This document shows positions 38,426 through 52,500 of a stretch of 64,000 nucleotides of DNA, piece by piece. Under the pieces are notes generated by a model that saw only the letters and a program-made list of their open reading frames with translations, was not told the origin of the DNA and searched no databases. Made by a program: the position numbers and the translations under genes. The stretch lies in contig NC_135764.1 in the NCBI RefSeq assembly GCF_052425735.1, positions 27,280,001 through 27,344,000 of the forward strand, written 5' to 3'. Position 1 is the stretch's first letter; each line of letters begins with the position of its first letter. The stretch comes from Oculina patagonica. Its lineage: Eukaryota.

Positions 38426-39956
38426 CATGAGCTATAGGATAAGTGGAGTTTTTTCTAAGTTAAAGGCCAATATCTCACCAATAAAGTATTTTCTTTACTA
38501 CTCTGTTTACTACTTTGGTTGTTCGATCGCAACACATGGGTAACCAGGCTTTTATTCAACCGAGAAGACCTGGATGCTAAACTAATTTGCATTTGGAGTG
38601 CCCCTGGCCATTCCCCGAAAAAAAGCACCATTTCATGCCTTTGGGGGTAGGTATACCTACATGTGGACCACTAAGCTAATTTGCATTTGGGACTATGTGT
38701 ATAATACCATGGGTAGGAAGATAATCCCTTCTTTCGTGTGAAGCTCGTAAGATCCAAAGGTGGCCATTTTCCTTATAAGGAATGTAAAGGTGGCCCACCT
38801 GGGGGCTATACATAAGAAACCATTCATTCACACAGGGAGTGGGATGAGGTGAACATGGGTTTACCCGAAGTCGTTGGAGTCTTGCTTAATTAAATGGTTG
38901 AATTTTGCGACTATGAATTGGAGTTAACAACTATTAACATCACCTTTGAAGTAAATTGAAATAATACGGGCTCGCCCGCTCTTACTACTTTTTTTTATTT
39001 TACTGTCATAATCTTAAGATAATCTGAGAAGTAGTGAGTGGAGAAAATAAAGTTTTATCGGCTACATTCCAGAAACAGTAGTGGATTCTCCGACGATAAT
39101 AAATTGCACGCCGCATGTAAATAATTGTATTATTTATACGAGTCGAAAACATTAAACAAAGAAGCGCTCTTACAAGCTTAAATTCGTCAAAAAACCTGCA
39201 TAAAAACTAACTCACCCTATGCGGACACTTTTCTTATTTATTTTATTTCAAAAACTTAGTCGTAAAAGCCGATTTTTCGAAGCGTAAATATTCACAACAA
39301 CAATTAGTGAATAGATTTGAATATTCATATTTGTAAGTTGTGACCACACAAACACACGCAAAGAGTTCAACGCCTGTGTTTTCCCGTTCATGCTGCACCG
39401 GTAAAAAGTCACTCGTTGCTTTTTTAGGCAATTTAAGACAACTCCAGCTTACTCCATAGCGAAAGCCTGCAAAAATAACGACAACGACCACAAAACTATC
39501 CGAAATTTACATTTTTTTTTCACCGTTGAGTTGCGAACACCTCCAAAATAAACCAAAATTCATTTCCGGTTGCCAAACCTTTCTTCGTCCATGTGGGGAA
39601 AGGCTCAAGTTTGTCGCCTTTTTCATACCTCACTAGGGGATTGAGAGTGCTCGTTGATCTTACGAGCTCAACACGAAATTAAAAAACAATACCCATTGTT
39701 TGTTCGGTTTAGTGATTGGCCAAAAACCAAAATCTCCTAGCAACAGTAAAAGTTTTTCCTACCCAGTGTTTTTATTATTCGCCGTAACACCAAATGCAAA
39801 TTAGTTTAGCATCCAGGTCTTCTCGGTTAAATAAAAGCCTGGTTACCCATGTGTTGCGATCGAACAACCAAAGTAGTAAAACAGAGTAGTAAAGAAAAGA
39901 CTTTAGTGATATTGGCTTTTAATTTAGAAAAAACTCCACTTATCCTATAGCTCATG
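38426..39956. mobile_element. Non-autonomous P-element/Galileo-like foldback element
   Basis: ~170-bp TIRs starting CATGAGCTATAGG and ending CCTATAGCTCATG; 7-bp TSD atgaggt at 38419-38425 and 39957-39963. No ORF. Confidence 0.8.
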
Positions 39957-40515
39957 ATGAGGTAACTGTTTTCGGCTCTTTTATCACTTTAACTGGGCTT
40001 GTTTAGAACAAGTCTCCAACGCGAGGTAAGATTGCAAAATGAGCCAAAAGAACGTCTGCGAAGAAGGCAGAAGTTTAGAACGGATTACACCCTCTTAATA
40101 CTTGTACCAGCTGATCTATAAAAAAAATACCGAACTCTGACCATTGAAAGTAGCAATTTCATTGCAATTATGTTATTGTGTATGTTCTCTAAAATTTAGT
40201 CGGTATTTAGCGGGGCTTTGTCGCGAATTTTAACCGAAATATAAAGCCTAAATCTATACTTGTGTCGTTGGAAACCTAAACATAATGATCCATTTTTATA
40301 AAAATTGCTATATTAGAGCACTGAAACTGTTAAAATGCGACTTTGACTGCGGATGACCACGCTGAAAAATTGAGGCTTAACCGTTCAAGTTGTTCTATCC
40401 ACAAATCAAAGACTAATCAAGTTTATATCTTCCATTAAATGGGGGGATGACCCCCAATAAGTAGTTGGCTTTGTTTTTATAATTGGTATTTTAAAACACG
40501 CCATTGCCACAACCC

Positions 40516-42065
40516 CAGGGGCCGCACAGGAAGACTATGAGTAGGGGGGGGGGGGGGGGCTTAAACTCGAACGCGGGAGCGTGAGCCAACTCAGGGGGGT
40601 CCGGGGGTATGCTCGCCCGGAAAAATTTCTCTTAGATATCGAAAAATGCATTTGAAATTAAAAATTTAAACGTTCAGCTGTGAAATGTTTTTGTAAAACT
40701 ATTGCTTAAAACAGCTGGACGTCTTCCAGCCTTCTGCCTCCGGCGCATCAAACGCATCTTTTGGCCAAACAAGATCAGCAACAAAGACCTATTGTCATCA
40801 AGCAATCTTGAACCAGTTTCAATTGTTGTGCAAAAGAGAAGGTGGAGATGGCTGGGACATGTCCTACGGATGAGAGCAGACTCAGTGCCAAGGGTTGCAT
40901 TGAGATGGACACCCCAAGGAAAGCGTAGCAGAGGTAGGCCTAAGGAGACCTGGAGGAGAACAGTGCAGAAAGACTTGTTGGAGCGTGGCCTCACAATGGA
41001 AGCAGCAAGACAACAGGCAGAGGACCGGCAAATGTGGCAAATGTCTTCCAGCCTTCTGCCTCCGGCGCATCAAACGCATCTTTTGGCCAAACAAGATCAG
41101 CAACAAAGACCTATTGTCATCAAGCAATCTTGAACCAGTTTCAATTGTTGTGCAAAAGAGAAGGTGGAGATGGCTGGGACATGTCCTACGGATGAGAGCA
41201 GACTCAGTGCCAAGGGTTGCATTGAGATGGACACCCCAAGGAAAGCGTAGCAGAGGTAGGCCTAAGGAGACCTGGAGGAGAACAGTGCAGAAAGACTTGT
41301 TGGAGCGTGGCCTCACAATGGAAGCAGCAAGACAGCAGGCAGAGGACCGGCAAATGTGGCAAATGTCTTCCAGCCTTCTGCCTCCGGCGCATCAAACGCA
41401 TCTTTTGGCCAAACAAGATCAGCAACAAAGACCTATTGTCATCAAGCAATCTTGAACCAGTTTCAATTGTTGTGCAAAAGAGAAGGTGGAGATGGCTGGG
41501 ACATGTCCTACGGATGAGAGCAGACTCAGTGCCAAGGGTTGCATTGAGATGGACACCCCAAGGAAAGCGTAGCAGAGGTAGGCCTAAGGAGACCTGGAGG
41601 AGAACAGTGCAGAAAGACTTGTTGGAGCGTGGCCTCACAATGGAAGCAGCAAGACAACAGGCAGAGGACTGGCAAATGTGGAGATCCCTGACGGAAGCCC
41701 CACGTGCCACCAGGCACTCTGGGTCCTGAAGAAGAAGAGATTGCTTTAAAACGAAAAAAAAAAACGTTGCGATAAAGAGACATTGCTCCACAAACGTTCG
41801 ATATAACTACTCACTGACCCTTTAAACCTTACATCAAGGCACGAATTTTTCTCACCAAGCTCAAGTACCAGCAACTGAGATGTTATCAGAACAAATGGAT
41901 GGACACAGATAATCAACTATATCAATAATATGGTGTCAAGAAACGAAATATTTTCATTAATTTTTTTTTTCTTAATTCATTATAATTTTTTTCTTGTAAC
42001 TGTAAAAAAGTGGGTGGGGGGAGGGGGCTAAAGCCTCCCTCGCCCCTCCCTCTCCGTGGTCCCTG
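40516..42065. mobile_element. Probable hAT-like MITE (CAGGG...CCCTG) hosting the RTE insertion
   Basis: Termini caggggccgcacagga and tccgtggtccctg with G/C-run subterminal boxes. No clean TSD. Confidence 0.4.
40708..41739 (+). mobile_element. 5'-truncated RTE-clade LINE 3' end in three tandem 322-bp units
   Basis: CLRRIKRIFWP..RRWRWLGHVLRM..GKRSRGRPKETW motif. Units start at ~40721, 41043 and 41365; (GAA)n tail at ~41728. Flanks attgcttaaaac / attgctttaaaac are a probable TSD. Confidence 0.88.
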
Positions 42066-44697
42066 TACCCAAACCACGCGCGGTACCTCACGCCGATTCA
42101 TGAATGAAACTCCTTGAATGAAGTCAGCGCCAGCGTCAGTGTTCCCGTTAGAAATATGGACGGTGGTGGCGGGTAGTTTGCCTTAATGTTTTGGTTAATT
42201 TTTGGCAGAAAATTATTTACCACCAACACAATGTATATAACTCATTTATAACTTCTTTTTAAAACAAAAAATTAAAGCATGATGTACAACGCTTGAGTGG
42301 CTTTTCTTCATGACATGTATAATAGGCTTTTCGATGCAAGGAAACACATTTCACGAAGATCCTAAACTTGGTGATGCATTTTAACAGAAAAATATTTAAC
42401 TTGTCTTTTCAGTCAAAACAATATTTTTTAATCTCTTTTTATTTTTCTTATAGTCACACAAGCTAGCATTATTTTCAACATGGTGGTTGTTGAACATGTG
42501 ACTGATCATGAACCTGAAGCAATTTATTGAGTGCGCGACGCCGGAGAATGTAAGCTTAATCAGTATTCACCTAAACTGGAACTTAAATTGTTTGCCCTGA
42601 GTGGAAGCAATTTTCTTCGTCTATAGTTTACCTTTACTTAAGTATTACGGCCAAGCGACTTGGAAAATAACTTATTGCCCTGGATAGGATACTAACCAAT
42701 GGCCGGTTAGGTCCCCCACTACAGCACGCACACATTGACGTCCTTGAAGAGTACTCGACCTTTGCAGTATTTAATTTTCTACATTACACGCCGAATAATT
42801 TACAGTGGAGTGCTTTAAGCTAGTAATTTTAGTGCGTAGCAATTGCGGTTTTTTCCCCCATTCAGTTTTCCTCTTTTTCATTGATGATACTTCGTGAAGC
42901 TAAAGGATGATCTTCCTAACTCATGTCGGGGGACGTGCTGTGTCGACGCTTCTTTTTGCTTTTAACACAATATCATCCAGAGAAATCGTGTCGCAATGAT
43001 GAATCAGCTTTGTTAGCCTTTCAATAAGTAACATTTGACATAAGTTAACAGATCAAAATAACTATTCAAGCACTCTATAATGCCAAGGGAAAACGTTTTT
43101 TAAACTTGAGACTACGTCAAAGAAACAGTCAGAATTGGTCTGCAGCTAAGTGTCAAAAAGCTACGAACTATTATACTACATGAAAACAAAATACAGTAGA
43201 GCAAGGATAATTTACAGTTACACTGTGAGCTCGAGATTTCTATGGCGTGACAGTGCGTTGATGAGGCAGAAGATAAAAACGTTTTTCAGGGTGATGTTAA
43301 GTTTAAAATTTTAACAAATCAACGGAACGTGTTCCTTTTCACTCTGTTTAAATTAAAAATAAATAAACACTCATATAGGGATTACCTTATTATAAGAAAT
43401 TAACACTTCATAAAATTAACGCGAATTATCAAAAATCGAGTTAATTCTTGTGCGCGTTAATTTCCGCGACATTATTTAAGGGGAGCGTTTAACTAAATTT
43501 CCAAGACCTAAAATTTCATTCCAAATACTGGATACTGTACAAACACATAAATTATAGAAACTAGGAAACAATATCCTTCTCTCCTCCGTACACTATTTTT
43601 CAGTCTTTTACAATGTAAAAGCTGTTATGATATGTAATCTGCAATATTTCCGGTTTATTTTTGTTTTCAGAAGAGCAGTGCAGCAGTCAGAATATCTTTA
43701 GAGACATCAAAAATCGCGTTATTTTTTTTTCATTTTGAAAAATGGCCCCGTCCCTCACGTTATTTCCGTATTTAAAAGAAATTTTCTCTCCAATTCGAGT
43801 TAATTTGAGTCGCGTTAATTTCAAAGACGTTAATTTAGGTGCGTTAATTTCCTATAAATTATGGTATGTTAAGTAACTCGTTACATGCGCAACTCATATA
43901 AGTTAAACAGGTAATTAGCAGGGAAAATCATTTCAAAGTTCGTGATATTATTTAGCAAAACCTGAACAGAAAAAGCGTTATATTTCGCCTTTAATATTCT
44001 ATAAATCGTAATTTGCTCTTTGTTAACGGAGTTATATATAAGGTTTTAAGTGTGTTTTTAGAAAATTGGCCGAAATTCGGGGTAAACGAGAATGGATTAC
44101 ATGTATAAATTATGATTTCAGGCCAGTCGTGAATAATCTTTTATCAACAACACGCTTTTGCTCAAGTCGTACAAATTCGACTTTTTAATTTGACAAAGTA
44201 TCAGTCAAATACATGGCAATCATATGCCTAGTACCGAGATAGTGAATTTTACATCACATCTTAATCAATCAAATAAATTGACTATCCTAACTAGTTAACG
44301 GAGAAACGTGTGCAGAATTATAGATTGCTTTAGCTTCGCCTGGAGTTCGATTAGAAATTATACGTGTTTGTATAAAGTTTCCAGGCTGTGCAAACAACGA
44401 GCACATATTTAGTGTCAATTGCAAAGCTGTGTACATCCATTATTTCGTCGACTGTATAATCGCGTTGTTAATTATATCATACTCGCGAATAACTATCTTA
44501 TCATCTCAAACTAAATTACAATCGTAGGTCTAGTGCGAGTACGGACCAACACATTTTGTGAAGTGTGCGCTGCAGTTGTTACCTCATCATGTTGGCGGCA
44601 TTTTTCTTCATTATTTTAAGTGCTGTTGGTTTAAAGGCTCAAGGTAATTAGCTAAATTGTTGGTGTAAAAAAGTGAAAAACGTTATCCAGAGCAAAC

Positions 44698-44868
44698 TAC
44701 AGAAGAGTCCCAATTTCTTGAACCTCGAGGGGAAACGAAAATTGGTTCGATAAAACGGAGGTAAATTTACCGAGAAGTACATATATTATCCAAGGGGAAC
44801 AAAAATTGCTTCGAGAAATCGGGAGTTTCAAAAAAGCCAAGGGTTTGAGAATTCGGGATTCTACCGTA
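44698..44868. mobile_element. Small mariner-type MITE
   Basis: tacagaagagtccc..ttcttgaacc pairs with ggtttgagaattcgggattctaccgta. Confidence 0.55.
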
Positions 44869-45294
44869 TATTTAAAAGTTTTCATATTTTTTTTGCAATG
44901 TAGTTTGTAGGGTGACGCTGAAAAATTAACAGAAAGCCAGAAAGCTTTTCCAATCAAAATTTTTAAATACATTTATTTTTTAATTCATGTACACGAAGTC
45001 GAATTACCGATATTTATCTGAAATGCGCTCGAACACAACTTCATCGGGTGAATTTTCTCTTAATTTACCAAACAGGCCCGAGGGGAATTTTAGCCATTTT
45101 TTTTACAAATAGAGCTAGAATAAAGCTATCTTCAAAGTAGTTCTTTATCAAGAAGGCCTTTTAGGAATTAGCTAGGGGTCATTTGCACTCTGTTTTTGCG
45201 TGCAACATGCAGTGTCAGGGACTTGCAGGGTGAAAGTCTTCAAATCATTTTCTTAAATTCAAATATCTTCAGATCGGGGAACGTAATTATGGTT

Positions 45295-45794
45295 NNNNNN
45301 NNNNNNNNNNNNNNNNNNNNNNNNNNNNNNNNNNNNNNNNNNNNNNNNNNNNNNNNNNNNNNNNNNNNNNNNNNNNNNNNNNNNNNNNNNNNNNNNNNNN
45401 NNNNNNNNNNNNNNNNNNNNNNNNNNNNNNNNNNNNNNNNNNNNNNNNNNNNNNNNNNNNNNNNNNNNNNNNNNNNNNNNNNNNNNNNNNNNNNNNNNNN
45501 NNNNNNNNNNNNNNNNNNNNNNNNNNNNNNNNNNNNNNNNNNNNNNNNNNNNNNNNNNNNNNNNNNNNNNNNNNNNNNNNNNNNNNNNNNNNNNNNNNNN
45601 NNNNNNNNNNNNNNNNNNNNNNNNNNNNNNNNNNNNNNNNNNNNNNNNNNNNNNNNNNNNNNNNNNNNNNNNNNNNNNNNNNNNNNNNNNNNNNNNNNNN
45701 NNNNNNNNNNNNNNNNNNNNNNNNNNNNNNNNNNNNNNNNNNNNNNNNNNNNNNNNNNNNNNNNNNNNNNNNNNNNNNNNNNNNNNNNNNNNNN
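45295..45794. other. Assembly gap (500 N)
   Basis: Run of N. Confidence 1.
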
Positions 45795-46649
45795 GTGCTA
45801 TCCGAGGTCAATCCGCGGAACTTCAAACAGACGCAAGATATTAGAACAAGTGTTTTCGTATTTGACCCCAAGAACTTTATGTAAATTTTTTCCCCGATGG
45901 TTAGCGAGCATACTTTTGATTACAAACAAAGAAATCGATCATCATTGTTCATAAATATTTGATTCAACATCAGTGGACTTGGAGCATAAATTGAAGCTGT
46001 GTTTGTGGATAATTGAAATTCTTGTCAGGAAAATAAGTCAACAGTTTCAATCTTTATTTACAGTGTAAATGATGCGCGATTCAGGTACTTTCATATAGAG
46101 TTAAAATTCACGCAACTTCATTTAAAATACCAAACACCAAGGGGTCACGATTCTTTAGTTATTTGTGTTTTTCAATTTGCATCTTTAATACCGTTTTGTT
46201 GCATTTATTTCTTTTATCTATCGATTCATAGCAACGCGCCTGAAGATAAAACTCTAATCATTTCAGCGCGTTAGAATACTTTTTTTTTTATAAGAACGTC
46301 CAATTTTCGGCCGACGCTGAACGTTCCTAACGGAGCAATGTCACGGTATATAAAGACATTTTTCTGAATCCTTTCAAATTGAAGAAAACCTCAAAATAAT
46401 AGTTTTCTAACATAGAAAAACAACAAAAAAGTACTTAAAAGACGAAAATAACTAAAATGGTTTCGACTAATAAAGATTAAGACAAATTTCGAAGAACAAA
46501 TTTGAAAACCTTTGCCAATTTTTTCAAAATGTGTTGTCCGTGAAGTAGCTCATTCATCTTTTGCCAAGATTTGAGCCTAAAATGTTCTTATTTTTTTAAA
46601 TTTTAAAAACAAAGAGGTATTGCAATAAATTTATTCCAAACCGACATGT

Positions 46650-46903
46650 CGAACGGCCCGGGTTCGAGGCCTGGCCGGGGCGCTGCGTTGTGTTCTTGGG
46701 CAAGACACTTTACTCTCACAGTGCCTCTCTCCACCCAGTTGTATAAATGGGTACCGGTGAATTTACTGCTGGGGGGTAATCCTGTGATGGACTGGCATCC
46801 CTTCCAGGGGGGAGTAGCAATACTCCTAGTCGCTTAATGCTACGGAAACCGGGATAAGCTCCGGCTGTATGGGCCTCATGGCTCGGAGACAGACTTTACC
46901 TTT
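46650..46903 (+). mobile_element. Same CORE-type SINE, 5'-truncated
   Basis: Near-identical to 12206-12500 in the opposite orientation; 12-bp TSD aaaccgacatgt. Confidence 0.85.
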
Positions 46904-47442
46904 AAACCGACATGTACATCTTCTCGTCACCAATGAGTGATGACAATGTTGGTTACAGGTCGGATTTGAATAAAGATTTATTCATTTATATATTTAATTT
47001 GGCACTCACTTGTACAAAAAAGGGGAAAAAAATAAAAATTGTCCTAACCAAATTTCAGCCTTGGGCACGTTCTTCTGGCTGCTCTTGGGAGAACTTCGAA
47101 CCCAGTCCCCGAGTAAAACAACGACCTCACAACAGTTCTTGTCAATAAATTTATTTTTTCTCGCAACTCAAATTTTATATTTACATCATATGTAGCACTT
47201 TTTCTTGAATTATTTACAACCAGCTGGGGTTTAAGACTATTCATGTGGCTAGCAACTAAAATTGTTGCCCTTATTTTTGCTCCATAGACAGATTCGTGAA
47301 TCAGTTCCGGCGTCAACATCCAAATTATCCATATAAGTATACAAACGTCTTTTTTACAAAACATGAAGGGAGAATTTGATCTAAACAAGTTTTCTCAGCG
47401 ATAACACGCGCAAACACGTAGGGGACAAATTTGGGTAATTTG

Positions 47443-47550
47443 CAGCCTAGTCCCTAGGCGTTCTACTCCTCTGCCCAGTGTCATACGGTGACGTCACGAA
47501 ATTTCGCGCCAAATCGATAAGCGAGAAGGGAATGCCTGGGTACTAGGCTG
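47443..47550. mobile_element. 108-bp MITE with 9-bp TSD ggtaatttg
   Basis: TIR cagcctagtccc / gggtactaggctg; the empty site is present in the paralog at ~58794. Confidence 0.88.
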
Positions 47551-48007
47551 GGTAATTTGCACACGTTAGAATTAAGTCCGCCTAAAGAGAACTGTGTCAC
47601 GAATTTTAGCCAAATTGAAACATAGGAAATAGCCATCAAATTCGGTGAAACATAAAAATAACCGCTTGAAACAGTGAAGGAACATTTCAATTACACAGCA
47701 AATACAAAAGAAGGTACGGATGGCAAAAACTGAAGAAGATTAAAAGGGATTGCGATCAAAGTTAATCTCGTTTGCTGTATCTTCAAATTATAATGCTAGA
47801 GATCACATTTAGTTCTAACGAGATCCAATCTCGGCCACATTAAGCAAATCGCTTCAGCTTGTGCTACAAGGGCTAGCGGAGATGAATTTCTCAGAAAATG
47901 ATCATGAGACACAGTGCATCTCCGTCGGTTATGTTTAGCCGTAGCGTAAAATTTGACGTGTGTCGGGAGGTTTTGCCGTAGTGGATGGCACGTCGAGCTT
48001 GGAGGAG

Positions 48008-48318
48008 CATTCTCGTCCCCATAGCCCTTTCGTTTCTCTTAGCCGGCTTGGCACGAATAAACGAAGGGCTCTGGTGACATAGGATTTTTGAATTAATTCG
48101 AATTTTTTGATTGGCTGTTTGGAATAAAGAATTCTTAAACGTAAGTCGAAAACGAAACAACTCTCTCATACATTCCTTTGAAACGTCATGACTGCATACA
48201 TGAAGACCGGAAGTCCTAGAATCTAGGACTGGAAATCCTGTGTCTCCAGAGCCCTTCGTTTTCTCCTGCCAAGGCACAGCCGGCTAAGAGAAACGAAAGG
48301 GCTATGGGAACGAGAATG
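48008..48318. mobile_element. MITE with cattctcgtcccc/gggaacgagaatg TIRs
   Basis: ~40-bp TIRs; absent from the paralog (gggcttggcggaccacc at ~59791); degenerate TSD. Confidence 0.8.
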
Positions 48319-49563
48319 GGCGGACCACCATGATGCTCTCTCCCCAGACCTCTTCAGCCACCCTAGCCGTAGATGCGCCAAGCCGTGGCGATTTGCTTCT
48401 TCACACTTCAAAAGAACTTGTCATTAGGCAAGCGCTTCGTCAAGTTTCACAAGGAATTTTGGTCAGGATTATAGATTCTACGTACATATTAACTTAAATA
48501 TGCTATAAATTAGATTAACTGATGGACACCTCGGGGTGGCTGTCAATCACTGTCACTCCCAGACTCGCTTAGCTGAAGGTCTTCACCTGTAGAACGTAAA
48601 ACACAGTGATCAGGATTCATTTACTTCTTACAACAACGATACATAACCAAGCCACACGGGACATGAGAACCAAGAAGTTAATCAGAAAAATTGAGAAATG
48701 ATCTTGATTTTTTCACAAATTCCCTTAACTAGAACTATAAAAGTAAATGTATTGATAAAAGAAAGGACAGTCACGTTAATTAAGTTTAGGAGAATTTAAA
48801 AGTTTATGTTAAGGGCAGTGTTCCCTTGAGTTTTGAGAGTAATTTTCATTTGTTTGGATTTTTTTTTTTTTATTGAAACAAAACAAACATCTACAATACT
48901 CACATTAACTACTTACTTACAACAGTTTGATTTTAATTACATAGTTACATTAATTGTTAATAAATATTATTGATACATAAATGTACAAAATTCAGAGACA
49001 GCTGAATTTGGGTTTTGCATTACTACGCTTAGCGATTGGCTCAAAAATCTCGCGCCACTTTCTCAACCAGTCAGCAGTAAAACCAAAACCAATCGTGATT
49101 CGCTCACGCACGTTTTCCCGCGCCTCGTGCTGGCAACATGTATTTGTTTTGTTTTACGCTTGATTGGATGAGAATGTGGCGCAAGTTTTTTCCGTTAATC
49201 ACTAAGCCCAAAGCAAATACGAATTAGTTTCGATACTCAGTTGAAGACCGTTGAAGGAAAATGTAGTAGCTTTATTGCTTATTTTTTTTTTTTTTTTTTT
49301 TTTTATTTTTTTTTATTTTTTTTTTTTTTATTGCTATTATACACATAATACAATTACATTCAGTTGTTTTTACAGAACATTATACATTACAATTATCGGT
49401 ATCACACTAGTTACACTAAATTACAATAAATCACAATTACAATAAATTAGATGCACTATTAAGTTTAGAAAAAAAAAAATGCGAAAAAACAAAATAAAAG
49501 GAGAAGAATCAGGAGAAGGAGCATCTTAAACAATTAGGTATTTAATAAATAAGGTATAATACT

Positions 49564-52500
49564 TTAATCTATCTTCTCTATTTTATACTTGTTGTGTAAT
49601 TTATTAACACAATCGGAGAGAGTAATTGGTCTGTTATGCAGTTTGTTGGTATAAATGTAATAAGGCATATACAGCAAGGTATAATTAAGTTTTCTTATCA
49701 AAGTTTTGTTTTCAAGTGAAGAGGCGGGAGAAATACCGAATAACGTTTCTTTAACAGATGGATGGTGACTGGAGTTGTTCACGCTATTAAACCATTGAAT
49801 AACTCTCCTTTGAAAAGCTTTTGAAAATTGGCAGTGAATGAACGTATGCTCAATAGAGTCTTCATTTCCACAATATAAACAATCCTCGTCATCTTTAATA
49901 CCAAAACGGTGTAGCTCCTTCTTAGTGACTACAATTCTATGTAAGAACTTGTAGTGGAATTCTTTCAATTTATTTTCTTTACAAATTCGTTTTGTCAACT
50001 TAAAAAAGTGCCCCCAATCAGTGGAGTTTAAATTCAAGTTTTTGCTCCATTTCGTTGGGCCGGTAGGAAAAGAATGGTGTACCTTATTATTTAGTAGCCA
50101 GTAGAAATCTTTTGCCTTTGCTTTCTCTAAGTCAATTTCGATGTTTTCCTCTAGTTGGAACTTGGATTGATCTCCCAAATAACTTTCTTTTGGAAGTTTT
50201 CCAAAATTACGTGCCCTTGTTAGGAGCGTTTTTGGAATGGCATTTCTAACTTGATAAAATTTTAAAAAATTGGTTTTACAGTCATATTTCCTTTGGAACT
50301 GTTGAAAAGAAATTAGCTGTCCGTTTTCATTTAAAAGGTCCTGAATAGATATGATTCCTTTGGAAAACCATTCTTGAAGAAAGAATGGCTTTTCTCCTAT
50401 AAGGATAGCTTTGTTGTTAAAAAGAATTGTTTCCTGTCCTTGTTGGTAGTTGTACTTAGACTTTAGTTCCGAAAAAAAAGATAAAATGTCTTTGTAAAAG
50501 ATTGGCAACTTAGGATCAAAGTATTTTGCATCGTAATTACACCTAAGGAGGAAATTTAAACCTCCAAGCTTTGTAAAAAAATAATTTGGTACTGATTTCC
50601 AATTGCGTCTTTCAGGGTTAAGTAGTCTTGAGATCCAAGCTAGTCTTAACCCCTTTATCATAAGGTCAATATCCGTCATACGGATTCCACCTCGATCATA
50701 ATCCTGATAAATGCTTTCTCTTTTAATTTTGTCCTTTTTTTGGTTTCATAAGAAACTGAAAAGCTTACTTTTGATGGTGGATTGGACTTCGGTTGGAGTG
50801 TTTAAATTGGAAGCTGCATAGACTATTTGGGATAGCCCAAGAGATTTAATAATCAAAGCCTTTCCAAATAAGGTCAAGTTTCTTGCTTTCCATAAATCCA
50901 GTTTTGTTTGTAGTTTTTTGACTTTTAAATCGAAATTAAAATGTTTGTTCTTATTATCCTCATATGAGAAATATAGCCCTAGAATTTTGACAGGTTTGTT
51001 TACCCACTGTAATTGTAACGGTGTAATTTTGTTCTTTGACCACTTTCCCAACCATATCGCCTTAGTCTTTTTTACATTTAATTTTAAGCCTGAAATGACT
51101 CCAAAGTTATTGACTATGTTAAGAGACTTTTCTACTGAAATAATATCTGCACAAAATAAGTTAGTATCATCTGCAAATTTACTAATTTTAACTTCATTTC
51201 CAAATAAATTAATCCCATTGATTTCCGTTGTCTGGCGAAGCTTGTTAGATAATATTTCTGCGCTCAATATGAAAAGATATGGGGAAAGCGGGCAGCCTTG
51301 CCTAACCCCTCTTGTTGGTTTAATCCAATTGGTGGTAAAGCCATTATTCAATACCGTACTTTCGATATTTGTATAAAAAATTCTAATCCATCTTTTGACA
51401 TTATCGCCAAAGTTGAAGAGATCTAATACCTTCATTATGAATTGCCATTCCAAGGTGTCAAAGGCTTTCTTAAAGTCCAGTGATACCAGAATGCCCCCTT
51501 TCTTTTCCGACATGGTGTACTCCATTACATCATTTATCAGGCGTATATTTTCTCCAATATAACGACCTTTCATGAATCCGGTTTGATCGGAGTGAACTAA
51601 TTTTGGAAGTATTGATTCTATTCTTTTGGCTAACGCTTTAGATGCAATCTTATAATCAATGTTGAGTAAGGTTATAGGTCTCCAATTCTGAATGTCTAGT
51701 AGGTCAGAGTCTTCTTTAGGTATCAAAGTAATTACACCTCTTCGCTGTGAAATGGAGAGTTCTCCATCTTCAAAGGCTTGATTAAGGCTTTGGATCAGAT
51801 CAAGTCCTATTAAGTCAAAGAAATGTTTATAGAACTCAGCGGTGAATCCGTCTTCACCTGGAGATTTATTATCTTCAAAAGAATCTAGTATCCTTTTACA
51901 CTCCTCCAAGGTAAAAATCCCTTCCATTTGTTCCTGTTCTTCGTTACTAAGTTCTGGGATTTCAATTCCCCGAATAAATTCATCAAAAGCTTCTTGGGTC
52001 ACAGTTGTTTTAGAGCTGTAAAGGTCCTCATAGAATTTCTCTATTTGTTGTAAGATTTTAACCTCTTCTTTTATTGTTACGATATCGCTAGTTTGAAGTT
52101 CGGTTATTGTCTTCCTATTATAGTTTCGCTTTTCTAGATTAAAGAAATATTTAGTCGGCCGCTCTCCTTTCTCTACCCACCTGCATTTCGATCGGAAAAT
52201 TGCAGCGCGCCCTTTTTCTTCGTATATTGATTGAAACTCTGTTTTAAGGTTGTCGTACTCATTTAGCGTATTCTCTATATCTGATAAATTATCGCTGTTA
52301 CATATTTCATGGTCTAGCTCTTCCAGTCGCTTGGAGATTTGTACTTCCCGTTTTAAAGCAGCTCTCGCTTTTCTTTTAGCAAAAGAGATGGTGTTGTCAC
52401 GAATTTCCATTTTAATTAATTCCCATACTAGTCTTTTGTCTTTCAAAGATGCATACTTCTCACGTAATCGAGGGATAAGATCGCGGATTTTAAATATATA

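Noticed and set aside
40674-41791. Minus-strand ORFs of 106-195 aa
   Set aside because: Antisense shadows of the RTE repeat.
45196-45954. Long ORFs spanning X residues
   Set aside because: Artefact of the N gap.
50679-50748. Programmed frameshift or separate ORF3 in the LINE
   Set aside because: Both parts are in the same frame; a single TGA replaces an expected Trp codon.
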